NCBI RefSeq assembly: GCF_000619845.1
Contig: NZ_JHUX01000004.1
Span: 240,001 to 272,000 of the forward strand
Source: Alkanindiges illinoisensis DSM 15370
GTDB taxonomy: Bacteria > Pseudomonadota > Gammaproteobacteria > Pseudomonadales > Moraxellaceae
Reading direction: 5' to 3'
DNA: 32,000 bases
The notes under the pieces were generated by a model, which searched no databases, was not told the origin of the DNA, and saw only the letters and a program-made list of their open reading frames with translations. The position numbers were made by a program, and so were the translations under genes. Every line of letters begins with the position of its first letter. Position 1 is the first letter of the stretch. Of the stretch, positions 21,026 to 29,144 are shown piece by piece.

Positions 21026-21054
21026 GAGTGGGGCCAGTCCTGTTTTTTTTCAAG
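21026..21054 (-). promoter_or_regulatory. Sigma32 (heat-shock) promoter of htpG
   Basis: The minus strand reads CTTGAAA-aaaaacaggactgg-CCCCACTC. The E. coli sigma32 consensus is CTTGAA-N13-15-CCCCATNT. The -10 element ends ~38 nt upstream of the htpG ATG. Confidence 0.7.
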
Positions 21055-21116
21055 CATCAGAAGAATTGTTTGAGTTATTTTTATGCAATGAGATTGGCTT
21101 TGGTCAATAGTTTGAC

Positions 21117-21167
21117 TGTGGATAAACGCTTGTTAATATGCTGTTAATAACATCAAAGTTATCCACA
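21117..21167. repeat. Inverted pair of perfect DnaA-box 9-mers (TGTGGATAA ... TTATCCACA) with a 33-nt spacer
   Basis: 21117-21125 is TGTGGATAA and 21159-21167 is TTATCCACA, both perfect matches to TTATNCACA. A third box with one mismatch, TTATCCAAA, lies at 21182-21190. Confidence 0.5.
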
Positions 21168-21203
21168 ATTTGGCTTATTTTTTATCCAAAATTGAAAAAC
21201 CCC

Positions 21204-21557
21204 TTAAAATGGGCCATGTGAAAACACCCGATCCTGTAACATCTGATCCAGTTGTTTTTGTCGGTTTTGATAGGCATTGGCAATGCATGCGACATTACTG
21301 CCACAACCGTTGCGCTGCTTAAGCCAGATCACCTGTTCATCAATCAGGTGGTCACGCCCGCCCATGGGCACCGCATGGCTCATAATATTAAAAGTGGTTG
21401 CCATTTTAACATCACGGTCATTGAGGCCACGGTTGGCACAAATGGTTTTTTCGGTATTCAGGCGTGCCTTGTTGCAATCAAAACTGGCGGCCTGCGCCAT
21501 CGAACCCAAACCTGCCAGCAACAGGGTTGCCAGTAAAAGCTGCTGTATTTTTTTCAT
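21204..21557 (-). CDS. Secreted LprI/DUF1311-family protein (lysozyme-inhibitor-like)
   Basis: The signal peptide ends MAQA. The mature N-terminus is FDCNKARLNTEKTICANRGLNDRD, and a later WLKQRNGCGSNVACIANAYQNRQKQL fits the DUF1311 Cys pattern. Confidence 0.6.
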   Translation of the reverse strand: MKKIQQLLLATLLLAGLGSMAQAASFDCNKARLNTEKTICANRGLNDRDVKMATTFNIMSHAVPMGGRDHLIDEQVIWLKQRNGCGSNVACIANAYQNRQKQLDQMLQDRVFSHGPF

Positions 21558-22076
21558 CTGTTTTATCCTGTTACGCTAAAGTCATATTTGAAGTCTAGCC
21601 AAGGCCAAAATCGCTTAAACAGGATTTTTGATCAGGATTGCCCGCTGTTTTGTAAGTCCCGACTGAACAATGAAGATTTAATGGCAGCTTGTGGTTTGGC
21701 AGTAAATAGTAATTCGAAAAGTACCTATGGTTTTAGTGCAGTACTTAAAGACATTGACTTGCTCTGCTAACGCTTACTATCAGCGCAAATGGCAGTTTTC
21801 GCCAGTTAATTTTAGGCAGGCTTTGCAATAATCGGTTTATGGCTTGCAGCCTTTTATCTAATATCAAAATGAGTGGAAAACACAGTGGGAACAGGTTTTA
21901 AGCTGAACTATAGCAGGGACATAAAACCAAGCTTTTTGAGTAATTTAGGTAAAACTGTGACGCTGTTCTCTTGGCTTTATCAGTACTGGCTGGTCACAAT
22001 GGCATCAAACTGAAAAACGACAATACAAGCGTAATAAACAAAGCAATGCACGCATCAAGAACAAGGAGGCTTCAGG

Positions 22077-23780
22077 ATGAAGCATTACGGGTTAACCACC
22101 TTACTGGCCATCAGTAGTCTGGGCAGCATGCAGGCTGCGCTGGCCTCACGCTGCAACACCCCCATTGAACCGGTGCAACAGGTGCTGGCCAACAGCTTGG
22201 GTTATAACCTGAGCAACACCCGGCAGGGCATTTCAGCCATCAATTCTGGCAATGTCAACCAGCTTGAACTGGCCTATGTGCACATTGCACCAGACCCGGA
22301 TGCCACCGAGCGCCGAGGCTCGCCTGTACTCACCCGGCAAGTGATTTATACTCCTACCCGCTCCAGCATTGTGGCGCTGGATCGTGCCACGGGCTGTGAA
22401 TACTGGAGCTATACCGTCAAGGTGGGTTCTTCACTATCTGGTGGCGATGGCTTTCGTGCCATGAATTATGTGCCTGCAATGGGCAACAAGCCGCCATTGG
22501 TCGTTGCTGGTGATAGTGAAGGCCATTTGCATGTCATGAATGCCCGGACTGGCCAGTTGCTGTGGCAAAAATTTGTGGGTACAGCGCCTGACTATCACCG
22601 CATTACAGCCACGCCGCAATTTTATCAGGGCAAACTGCTGGTTGGCATGGCATCACGTGAAATTTTTACTGCACTGTCCAAGCTGGTGCTGGCCTGTTGT
22701 GAATCGCATGGCCTGCTGGTTGCTGTAGATGCCTATACCGGCAAGATTGACTGGACCTATCACACCACAGCCCCGGCACAACGCCAGTGGGATTTACTGC
22801 AAGGCCCCAATGGCGTGCCCGTGTGGAGCACCCCTGCCATTGATGAGGATAGCCACACGGTTTATATCGGTACAGGCCAGAACTACAGTGCGCCCACAAC
22901 CAACAATTCAGACGCCATCATTGCGCTGGACACCCGAAATGGCAAGGTTAAATGGATTTTTCAGGCCACAGCCAGTGACTCCTATCCCGTGGCCTGCGGT
23001 TCGCCATTTCCGCTGGATGGCCCCTGCAATCCCTTACACAGCAACGATTTTGACTTTGGTGCCTCACCCATTATCCATACCACCAGCAGTGGCCAAAAGG
23101 TAATTCTGGCCGGCTCCAAAAATGGCATGGTCTATTCACTGGATGCATCAAGCGGCAAGTTAAACTGGCAAAAACGGCTGGGAGCCGGGGCCAATCTGGG
23201 GGGTATTCACTGGGGCATGGCCACCGATCAGCAGCGCCTGTATGTGGCAGTCAGTGATGTGATGATCAATAAAATGAATGCCCTGTCTCTTGACCAGATC
23301 AACATGCCTTTTAGTGATACTGCAAATATCACCAGTTATCCCGGCAGTGCCCAATCGGGTGGCATGTCACTGGCGCCCAATGCCAAGCCCGGTATTTATG
23401 CGCTGGATATTGATCACGGCAACCTCCTGTGGGAGCAGCATCCCAGCCATATCGCCAGTGATGGCAACAGCTATCCTTCGGCTTATTCGGCAGCAGTGGC
23501 CGTCACCAATGATGTAGTCTTTGCCGGTTCGCTGGATGGGGTGATGAAAGCCTTTCGCAGCAGTGATGGCAAGGAACTCTGGTCATATAACACCGCCAAG
23601 CCGGTCAATGGGGTTAATGGCATCAGTGGTACTGGCGGCACCATTGATCAGGTGGGTGCGTATATTGGTGGCAATAATCTGATTATTAATTCCGGTTACG
23701 ACCAGTTTGGCGGCGCAAATACCTTACAGGCCGGGCCGGGTAACGCAATGTATGTATTCAGACTGGCAGGAACACGATAA
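22077..23780 (+). CDS. Secreted PQQ-type beta-propeller repeat protein (possible quinoprotein dehydrogenase)
   Basis: Has a signal peptide and strong RBS (GGAGGcttcaggATG). At least 7 repeats fit the pattern xxALDaxTGkxxW (IVALDRATGCEYW, LHVMNARTGQLLW, LVAVDAYTGKIDW, IIALDTRNGKVKW, VYSLDASSGKLNW, IYALDIDHGNLLW, MKAFRSSDGKELW). A vicinal Cys-Cys lies at codons 207-208 (22695-22700). Confidence 0.75.
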   Translation: MKHYGLTTLLAISSLGSMQAALASRCNTPIEPVQQVLANSLGYNLSNTRQGISAINSGNVNQLELAYVHIAPDPDATERRGSPVLTRQVIYTPTRSSIVALDRATGCEYWSYTVKVGSSLSGGDGFRAMNYVPAMGNKPPLVVAGDSEGHLHVMNARTGQLLWQKFVGTAPDYHRITATPQFYQGKLLVGMASREIFTALSKLVLACCESHGLLVAVDAYTGKIDWTYHTTAPAQRQWDLLQGPNGVPVWSTPAIDEDSHTVYIGTGQNYSAPTTNNSDAIIALDTRNGKVKWIFQATASDSYPVACGSPFPLDGPCNPLHSNDFDFGASPIIHTTSSGQKVILAGSKNGMVYSLDASSGKLNWQKRLGAGANLGGIHWGMATDQQRLYVAVSDVMINKMNALSLDQINMPFSDTANITSYPGSAQSGGMSLAPNAKPGIYALDIDHGNLLWEQHPSHIASDGNSYPSAYSAAVAVTNDVVFAGSLDGVMKAFRSSDGKELWSYNTAKPVNGVNGISGTGGTIDQVGAYIGGNNLIINSGYDQFGGANTLQAGPGNAMYVFRLAGTR

Positions 23781-23792
23781 CCTCCGATTTTT

Positions 23793-23811
23793 GATGCGAT
23801 TTATCATTAGC
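23793..23811 (+). promoter_or_regulatory. Weak Fur-box-like sequence upstream of the TonB-dependent receptor
   Basis: GATGCGATTTATCATTAGC matches GATAATGATAATCATTATC at 12/19 positions. It lies ~125 nt upstream of the receptor ATG. Confidence 0.25.
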
Positions 23812-23934
23812 ACCAGAATGCTTTACGCTGTGGTTTATTGGCAAAACCCATCAAATCACTGATTTTTTTCGAGCCTGTTTTCGGCCCCTGTCTAACTCCC
23901 TGTGATAGACCGCTTGCTGCTTTAGGATTCTGTA

Positions 23935-26244
23935 ATGACTGACCTGCCGGTTTTACGCCTGTTACTCAATTTACGTCCCACCCCACAGTACCAGACCTCG
24001 CTGATCATTAAACCGTTAATTCCGCTAATCCTGCTGTGTCCTGCGCTGTCGGTAATGGCGGAGTCTGGTACACCTGATCATCAGCAGGCACAACAGCAGC
24101 AAACTGGCACATGGCCCAGCAATATTGCAGCAAGCAGTTCAGCCAGTGGCTTAACCAAGCAGACCCCAACCGCTACGGTGCTCCCTACTATTGTCGTCAC
24201 CGCTATACGGAGTGGACGTGATGCTTTTGAATTGCCTGCCTCGGTAGACCGTATTGATACCAGTACTATTGCCAGTGCAGGGCCACGGGTTAACCTGTCT
24301 GAAGCTTTAGTGCGGGTGCCTGGTATTAGTGTGCTCAACCGGCAAAACTATGCGCAGGACCTGCAAATTTCCAGCCGTGGCTTTGGTGCACGCTCTACCT
24401 TTGGCGTGCGTGGTGTGCGCCTGTACACCGACGGTATACCCGCCACCATGCCGGATGGTCAGGGACAGGCCGCCAACTTTGACCTTGAAAGTGCCGAGCG
24501 GCTGGAAGTGTTGCGCGGGCCATTTTCTGCCCTTTATGGCAATGCTTCGGGTGGGGTGATTCAGCTATTTACCGAAAATCCCCAGCCCGGCCAGAACCTT
24601 GAAGCCGGGGTATCGGCTGGTTCGGATGGCCTGCTGCGTGAAACACTCAAAAGCAGCGGCAAGTCGGGTGATTTAAGCCATGTACTTAGCTTGTCCAACA
24701 TGGAGATTGATGGCTATCGCGAGCATAGTGCGGCCAAGCGCCAGTTGCTCAATGCCAAGCTGGGCTATGACCTAAGCCCTGATTCTAGCCTGATGCTGCT
24801 ATTCAATGCCTTACACATGCCGGAAGCACAGGACCCGCTGGGCCTGACCCGCAGTGATGTCAATGCCAACCCAAAAGCGGTGGCACAACCCGCGCTGGAT
24901 TACAACACGCGAAAAAGCGTGGATCAAAACCAGCTGGGTGCCGTGTTTAAAGGCCGTATGGGTAGTGGTGACATTCAGATTACCGCCTACGCAGGCACGC
25001 GTGACGTGCGCCAGTTCCAGTCTATTCCCGTTGCGCCACAAAACAATCCCAACCATGGCGGTGGCGTGATTGACCTTGACCGCAATTATCAGGGTATGGA
25101 TTTGCGCTATAGCACCGAACACAGCTTGCTGAACCAGCCGCTACGCCTGACTGCCGGCATCTCACTGGATCAGATGGAAGAAGAGCGCAAGGGTTTCCAG
25201 AATTTTCAGGTCAATAATGGTGTCACCACACTAGGCATACTGGGCGCGTTAAAACGCAATGAAACCAACACCGCCAGCAATGTTGATCCTTATATTCAAG
25301 CCGAATGGGATGTTGACCCACAATGGATGCTGAGTGCTGGTTTGCGTAGCAGCCATGTGCGGTTTAAATCAAATGATCATTATATGATTAATGGAACAAC
25401 GCCAGCTAACAGCAATCCGGATGGCAATCCAGACGATAGTGGCTCACGCCAGTTTTCTGATTTAACCCCAGTTTTTGGTGCGCTGTACCGCTATTCACCT
25501 GATCTGAATCTGTATGCCACTGCCGGGCAAAGCTTTGAAACCCCTACCCTAAATGAAGTGGCGTACCGGAATAATGCGGTACAGACAGCCGGCTTGAATA
25601 ACACGGTGCAAGCCAGTAGCGGCTGGCATTATGAAGCAGGCATCAAGGCCAGACTTGCTGAGCAACTACGTGTTAATGCCGCCCTGTTCCGTGCCGATGT
25701 GGATGATGAAATTGCAGTGCTCAGTAACAGTGCTGGCCGTTCGGTCTATCACAATGTAGGCAAAACCCGCAGGCAGGGCGCTGAACTGGCTATTGAAAGC
25801 CAGCCATTTGACAATTTGCGCTTGAATGCTGCCCTCACCTATCTGGACGCCAGCTACCGCAACCGCTTTAATTTGGGTTCCAGCGGTGATGCTGTTGCTG
25901 CGGGTAACCAGATTCCTGGCACCAGCAAAACCATGGCATTTTTTGAAGCCGAATGGGCCATTCAGCCTTATTTAAAAACGGCACTGGAACTGCGCCATAG
26001 TGGCAAGATTTATGTGGATGACCGCAATAGCGATGCGGCTGACAGTTATACTATTGCCAGCTTGCGACTGGTGGCAGAACACAGTTTTGGCCCTTATACC
26101 CTGCAAGGTCTGGCCCGGCTGGATAACCTCACTGACCGAAACTATATTGGCTCGGTGATTGTCAATGAATCGAATGGCCGTTTTTTTGAACCCGCACAAG
26201 GCCGCAACTGGCTACTGGGCCTTAAATTAAACCGGCAGTTTTAA
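23935..26244 (+). CDS. TonB-dependent outer membrane receptor
   Basis: Plug region VVTAIRSGRDAFELPASVDRID and LEVLRGPFSALYGNASGGVIQLFT. The long beta-barrel has a C-terminal NWLLGLKLNRQF ending in Phe. The substrate cannot be inferred. Confidence 0.9.
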   Translation: MTDLPVLRLLLNLRPTPQYQTSLIIKPLIPLILLCPALSVMAESGTPDHQQAQQQQTGTWPSNIAASSSASGLTKQTPTATVLPTIVVTAIRSGRDAFELPASVDRIDTSTIASAGPRVNLSEALVRVPGISVLNRQNYAQDLQISSRGFGARSTFGVRGVRLYTDGIPATMPDGQGQAANFDLESAERLEVLRGPFSALYGNASGGVIQLFTENPQPGQNLEAGVSAGSDGLLRETLKSSGKSGDLSHVLSLSNMEIDGYREHSAAKRQLLNAKLGYDLSPDSSLMLLFNALHMPEAQDPLGLTRSDVNANPKAVAQPALDYNTRKSVDQNQLGAVFKGRMGSGDIQITAYAGTRDVRQFQSIPVAPQNNPNHGGGVIDLDRNYQGMDLRYSTEHSLLNQPLRLTAGISLDQMEEERKGFQNFQVNNGVTTLGILGALKRNETNTASNVDPYIQAEWDVDPQWMLSAGLRSSHVRFKSNDHYMINGTTPANSNPDGNPDDSGSRQFSDLTPVFGALYRYSPDLNLYATAGQSFETPTLNEVAYRNNAVQTAGLNNTVQASSGWHYEAGIKARLAEQLRVNAALFRADVDDEIAVLSNSAGRSVYHNVGKTRRQGAELAIESQPFDNLRLNAALTYLDASYRNRFNLGSSGDAVAAGNQIPGTSKTMAFFEAEWAIQPYLKTALELRHSGKIYVDDRNSDAADSYTIASLRLVAEHSFGPYTLQGLARLDNLTDRNYIGSVIVNESNGRFFEPAQGRNWLLGLKLNRQF

Positions 26245-26257
26245 GCCCGACAGATCA

Positions 26258-26307
26258 GGCTTCTTTCATTACATAAACTTGTAAAAAACCAGCCAATGAA
26301 AGAAGCC
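26258..26307. repeat. Perfect 13-bp inverted repeat (GGCTTCTTTCATT / AATGAAAGAAGCC) with a 24-nt loop, between convergent genes
   Basis: Read directly at 26258-26270 and 26295-26307. Neither strand has a following T-run, so it is not a canonical intrinsic terminator. Confidence 0.6.
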
Positions 26308-26350
26308 GATGGGCTTAGCTGCTGTTCACAGCACGAGCCTAGGCCCCGGC

Positions 26351-27718
26351 TTATAAATACATGGCAGCCAGCCAGCCAAAAAGCACCAGTGGAATATTAA
26401 AATGAATAAAGGTCGGCACCACAGTATCCCAAATGTGATCATGCTGGCCATCAACACCCAGACCCGCCGTTGGCCCAAGCGTGGAATCAGACGCCGGTGA
26501 GCCGGCATCACCCAGTGCAGCGGCTGTGCCAACCAGAGCAATGGTTGCCAGTGGTGAAAATCCAAACTGCACGCACAGCGGCACATAAATCATCACCAAA
26601 ACCGGCACGCTGGAAAACGATGAGCCAATACCCACAGTGACAAACAGGCCAACTAGCAGCATCAGCAACGCGGCCAAACCTTTGCTGGCCCCAATCAAAT
26701 GCACCACGCTATTTACCAGTGAATCCACTTGTCCGGTCGCGGTCATCACCGAGGCAAAGCCTGCCGCAGCAATCATGATAAAACCCACCAGTGCCATCAT
26801 GCGCATGCCAGCCACAAACACATCATCGGCTTCCTGCCACTTAAAAATTCCGGCGGCTGACAGCACTGCGAAGCCCACCAGTCCGCCCAGAATCATCGAG
26901 CCGGAATACAACTGGGCAATTAATGTCAATACAATTGCAAGGCTTGCCATGATCAATGTGCGCGGCTTGATGGCAGGCATGGCATGCGCTTCCTGCTCCA
27001 GTGTCTGCGCCATTTGTCCAAGGTCGTGTGATCCATCAACAGTCTGATACTGGCGTGGCTTGCGATACGACACAAATACAGCCACCAGTGTACCAACTGT
27101 CATCCCAGCTACTGGAATTGCCATGGCCGCTGGCATCATCCAGCGCTCTACCTGCAAGCCATAAGCCGCGCCCACCTTATTGATATTGCCCAGCAGCAAT
27201 TCATTGAGAAAAATGGCACCAAAGCCCACTGGCAGCAGCATATAGGTGCCCACCAGTCCCAGCGTGAGCACACAAGCCGCAGCACGGCGATCTAGTTGCA
27301 GATAGTTGGTGACCTTGAGCAAGGGCGGCACCAGCACGGGAATAAAGGCAATATGCACCGGAATCAGATTTTGTGAAAACACCGCAGCAATCCACAAAAT
27401 GCCCAGCAATAAATATTTAATAAATTTTTGCCGATGAATAGACGCTTCATGTCCCAGCAGTCCCAGTAGCTGGTGTGCCAGCAAATCCGGCAAACCGGAA
27501 CGTGACAACGCCAGTGCAAACGCACCCAGTACTGCATACGCCAGTGCCACTTGTGCGCCATCGCCCAAGCCCTTATTAAAGGCTTCGACAGTGCCTGCCA
27601 GTCCCAAGCCACCCACCAGCCCGCCCACAATGGCAGCAATCACCACCGCCAGCACCACGGAAAACCGCAGTAACGACAGCACAAACATGATAACAATGGC
27701 AAGGACAATGGCATTCAT
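26351..27718 (-). CDS. Na+/H+ antiporter family (NhaC/YuiF-like) transporter
   Basis: A 455-aa polytopic membrane protein. The N-terminal VIAAIVGGLVGGLGLAGTVEAFNKGLGDGAQVALAYAVLGAFALALSRSGL resembles the PF03553 family as I recall it. Confidence 0.7.
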   Translation of the reverse strand: MNAIVLAIVIMFVLSLLRFSVVLAVVIAAIVGGLVGGLGLAGTVEAFNKGLGDGAQVALAYAVLGAFALALSRSGLPDLLAHQLLGLLGHEASIHRQKFIKYLLLGILWIAAVFSQNLIPVHIAFIPVLVPPLLKVTNYLQLDRRAAACVLTLGLVGTYMLLPVGFGAIFLNELLLGNINKVGAAYGLQVERWMMPAAMAIPVAGMTVGTLVAVFVSYRKPRQYQTVDGSHDLGQMAQTLEQEAHAMPAIKPRTLIMASLAIVLTLIAQLYSGSMILGGLVGFAVLSAAGIFKWQEADDVFVAGMRMMALVGFIMIAAAGFASVMTATGQVDSLVNSVVHLIGASKGLAALLMLLVGLFVTVGIGSSFSSVPVLVMIYVPLCVQFGFSPLATIALVGTAAALGDAGSPASDSTLGPTAGLGVDGQHDHIWDTVVPTFIHFNIPLVLFGWLAAMYL

Positions 27719-27803
27719 AAGACAGGCAAAGCGAAAAAAAGACGCGCATCTTAGCAGAAAAACAGCGGAATTATGGTTAAAAATTAGCCCATTCAGCCTA
27801 AAT

Positions 27804-28154
27804 TTACTTCCCTTTATGCGAACGCACAGTCACTTTTAAACCTGGCGGCTTGTTGGCAAACCATGCCGCAAAACGGGCAATTTCTGGCTGGCCGCGTAAG
27901 TCTTCAATCGTATGATAATTTTGTGCCAATTCCTGATTACTGAGCACGGCATGCACCTGCGAATGGCAGGCACGACACAAACAGGCAATTTCAGTTTTCA
28001 TGGCTTGTTTATCAAATTGCCGCTTGGTGCGTGCCTTGTTATGACGTGACTGTGGAATCAGGTGATGGCGGGTTAGCGGCAAATGCGTGCGCCCGCAAAG
28101 CTCACAGGCTGCTGCACTGGCAGCCATTTCCTGCTCATTCATCACCCGATCCAT
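27804..28154 (-). CDS. Small HNH-motif zinc-finger protein (HNH endonuclease family)
   Basis: CELCGR...LTRHHLIPQSRH...CLCRACHSQVH gives two CxxC pairs flanking the His-rich HNH core. 116 aa. It lies 33 nt downstream of the hydrolase gene on the same strand. Confidence 0.6.
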   Translation of the reverse strand: MDRVMNEQEMAASAAACELCGRTHLPLTRHHLIPQSRHNKARTKRQFDKQAMKTEIACLCRACHSQVHAVLSNQELAQNYHTIEDLRGQPEIARFAAWFANKPPGLKVTVRSHKGK

Positions 28155-28187
28155 AAATTACTTTTTCCTCATTTATCCTGAGTTTAT

Positions 28188-29069
28188 TTATGCCGGCAGC
28201 TTTGGATGAGCCAGCGCAAACTCGCGAATATAAGTTGCCACCACATCCGGCTTGCTTAAAATTGCCCAGTGGTTGGCATTTAGCCGCTGCATGGTCAGGT
28301 CACTCACCCATTCCGGCAGGTATTGCATATAGGCTTCAGACACAAACGCATCTTTTTCCAAAATGATCACCTGCACCGGACAATGTGCAATGCGCTCACG
28401 GGGCTGGCTAAGCCGCTCAATAAAATTGGCACGGTATAGGTTAATGCCGTAAATACCATCCGAGGTTTGGGTAGGGTTTTCCGGCAGGCCGGGCGTACGT
28501 TCCAGCTGGTCAACCACCCGGTGCCATTTCTTGCCCAGATATAAACGCCAGCTTAAGGGTGCCAGTAGTGGCAGGTGAAAACCGGCAATGTACCAGGACT
28601 TGCCTAACTGCTTTAAGGTTTGCAGCGGCATGCTTTTAAACTGCTTGCGCAGGGTGAATGCCGCATGATCCAGCGACGGGCCAGATAATGTGGTAAACGA
28701 CAAAATACGTCCCTGCAAGGCTGGCGTCGTTACCGATTCCCAGCTTTGAATGGAGCCCCAGTCGTGCGCTGCCAGATGAAACTGGCGATTGGGCAGCAAT
28801 TCATTGACCACAGCCACCAGATCCTGAGCCAGCAGTTCAATACGGTAATCGCGGGTATGCTTGGGAATGGTGGACTTGCCGGCCCCGCGCACATCATAGG
28901 CAATTACATAAAACTGGTCGGCCAGTTGCGTTGCAATCGATTCCCACACCGTGTGGCTGTCTGGATAACCATGAACCAGCACAAGGGGCGTGTTGTCCGG
29001 ATTGCCCCAACTTGTGGCAAACAGGCGAATTCCATTTGCCGCTTCAATCCAGTGGCGCTGAGATGACAT
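28188..29069 (-). CDS. Alpha/beta-fold hydrolase, epoxide hydrolase/haloalkane dehalogenase-like (Asp nucleophile)
   Basis: The oxyanion motif is LVHGYPDSH (HGxP). The nucleophile elbow AAHDWGS has Asp rather than Ser. The start is set at the ATG at 29069 (MSSQRHWIEA...), preceded by GAGG. The upstream 30 codons of the track ORF are tandem DNA repeats. Confidence 0.8.
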   Translation of the reverse strand: MSSQRHWIEAANGIRLFATSWGNPDNTPLVLVHGYPDSHTVWESIATQLADQFYVIAYDVRGAGKSTIPKHTRDYRIELLAQDLVAVVNELLPNRQFHLAAHDWGSIQSWESVTTPALQGRILSFTTLSGPSLDHAAFTLRKQFKSMPLQTLKQLGKSWYIAGFHLPLLAPLSWRLYLGKKWHRVVDQLERTPGLPENPTQTSDGIYGINLYRANFIERLSQPRERIAHCPVQVIILEKDAFVSEAYMQYLPEWVSDLTMQRLNANHWAILSKPDVVATYIREFALAHPKLPA

Positions 29070-29099
29070 AATGACCTCGAAATAAATTTTTAACCTAAT

Positions 29100-29144
29100 A
29101 ACTTTAAAATAGGCAACTTTAGAATAGACAACTGTAGAATAACC
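29100..29144. repeat. Three tandem 15-bp direct repeats, plus a degenerate fourth at 29145-29159
   Basis: AACTTTAAAATAGGC / AACTTTAGAATAGAC / AACTGTAGAATAACC, with 13/15 and 12/15 identity between neighbours. They lie 31-75 nt upstream of the hydrolase ATG. Confidence 0.8.

Noticed and set aside
21588-21770. A 60-aa ORF in the long intergenic region upstream of the propeller gene.
   Set aside because: It has a TTG start without a Shine-Dalgarno and no signal or domain features. The region is treated as non-coding pending transcript data.
21558-23934. A cobalamin (B12) riboswitch or other known riboswitch ahead of the propeller/TonB-dependent receptor genes.
   Set aside because: GGGAACAGGTTTTAAGCTG near 21887 vaguely resembles the B12-element core. 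I found no B12 box (AGYCMGGAGACCKGCC-like) and no matching helices. An Infernal scan would be needed to settle this.
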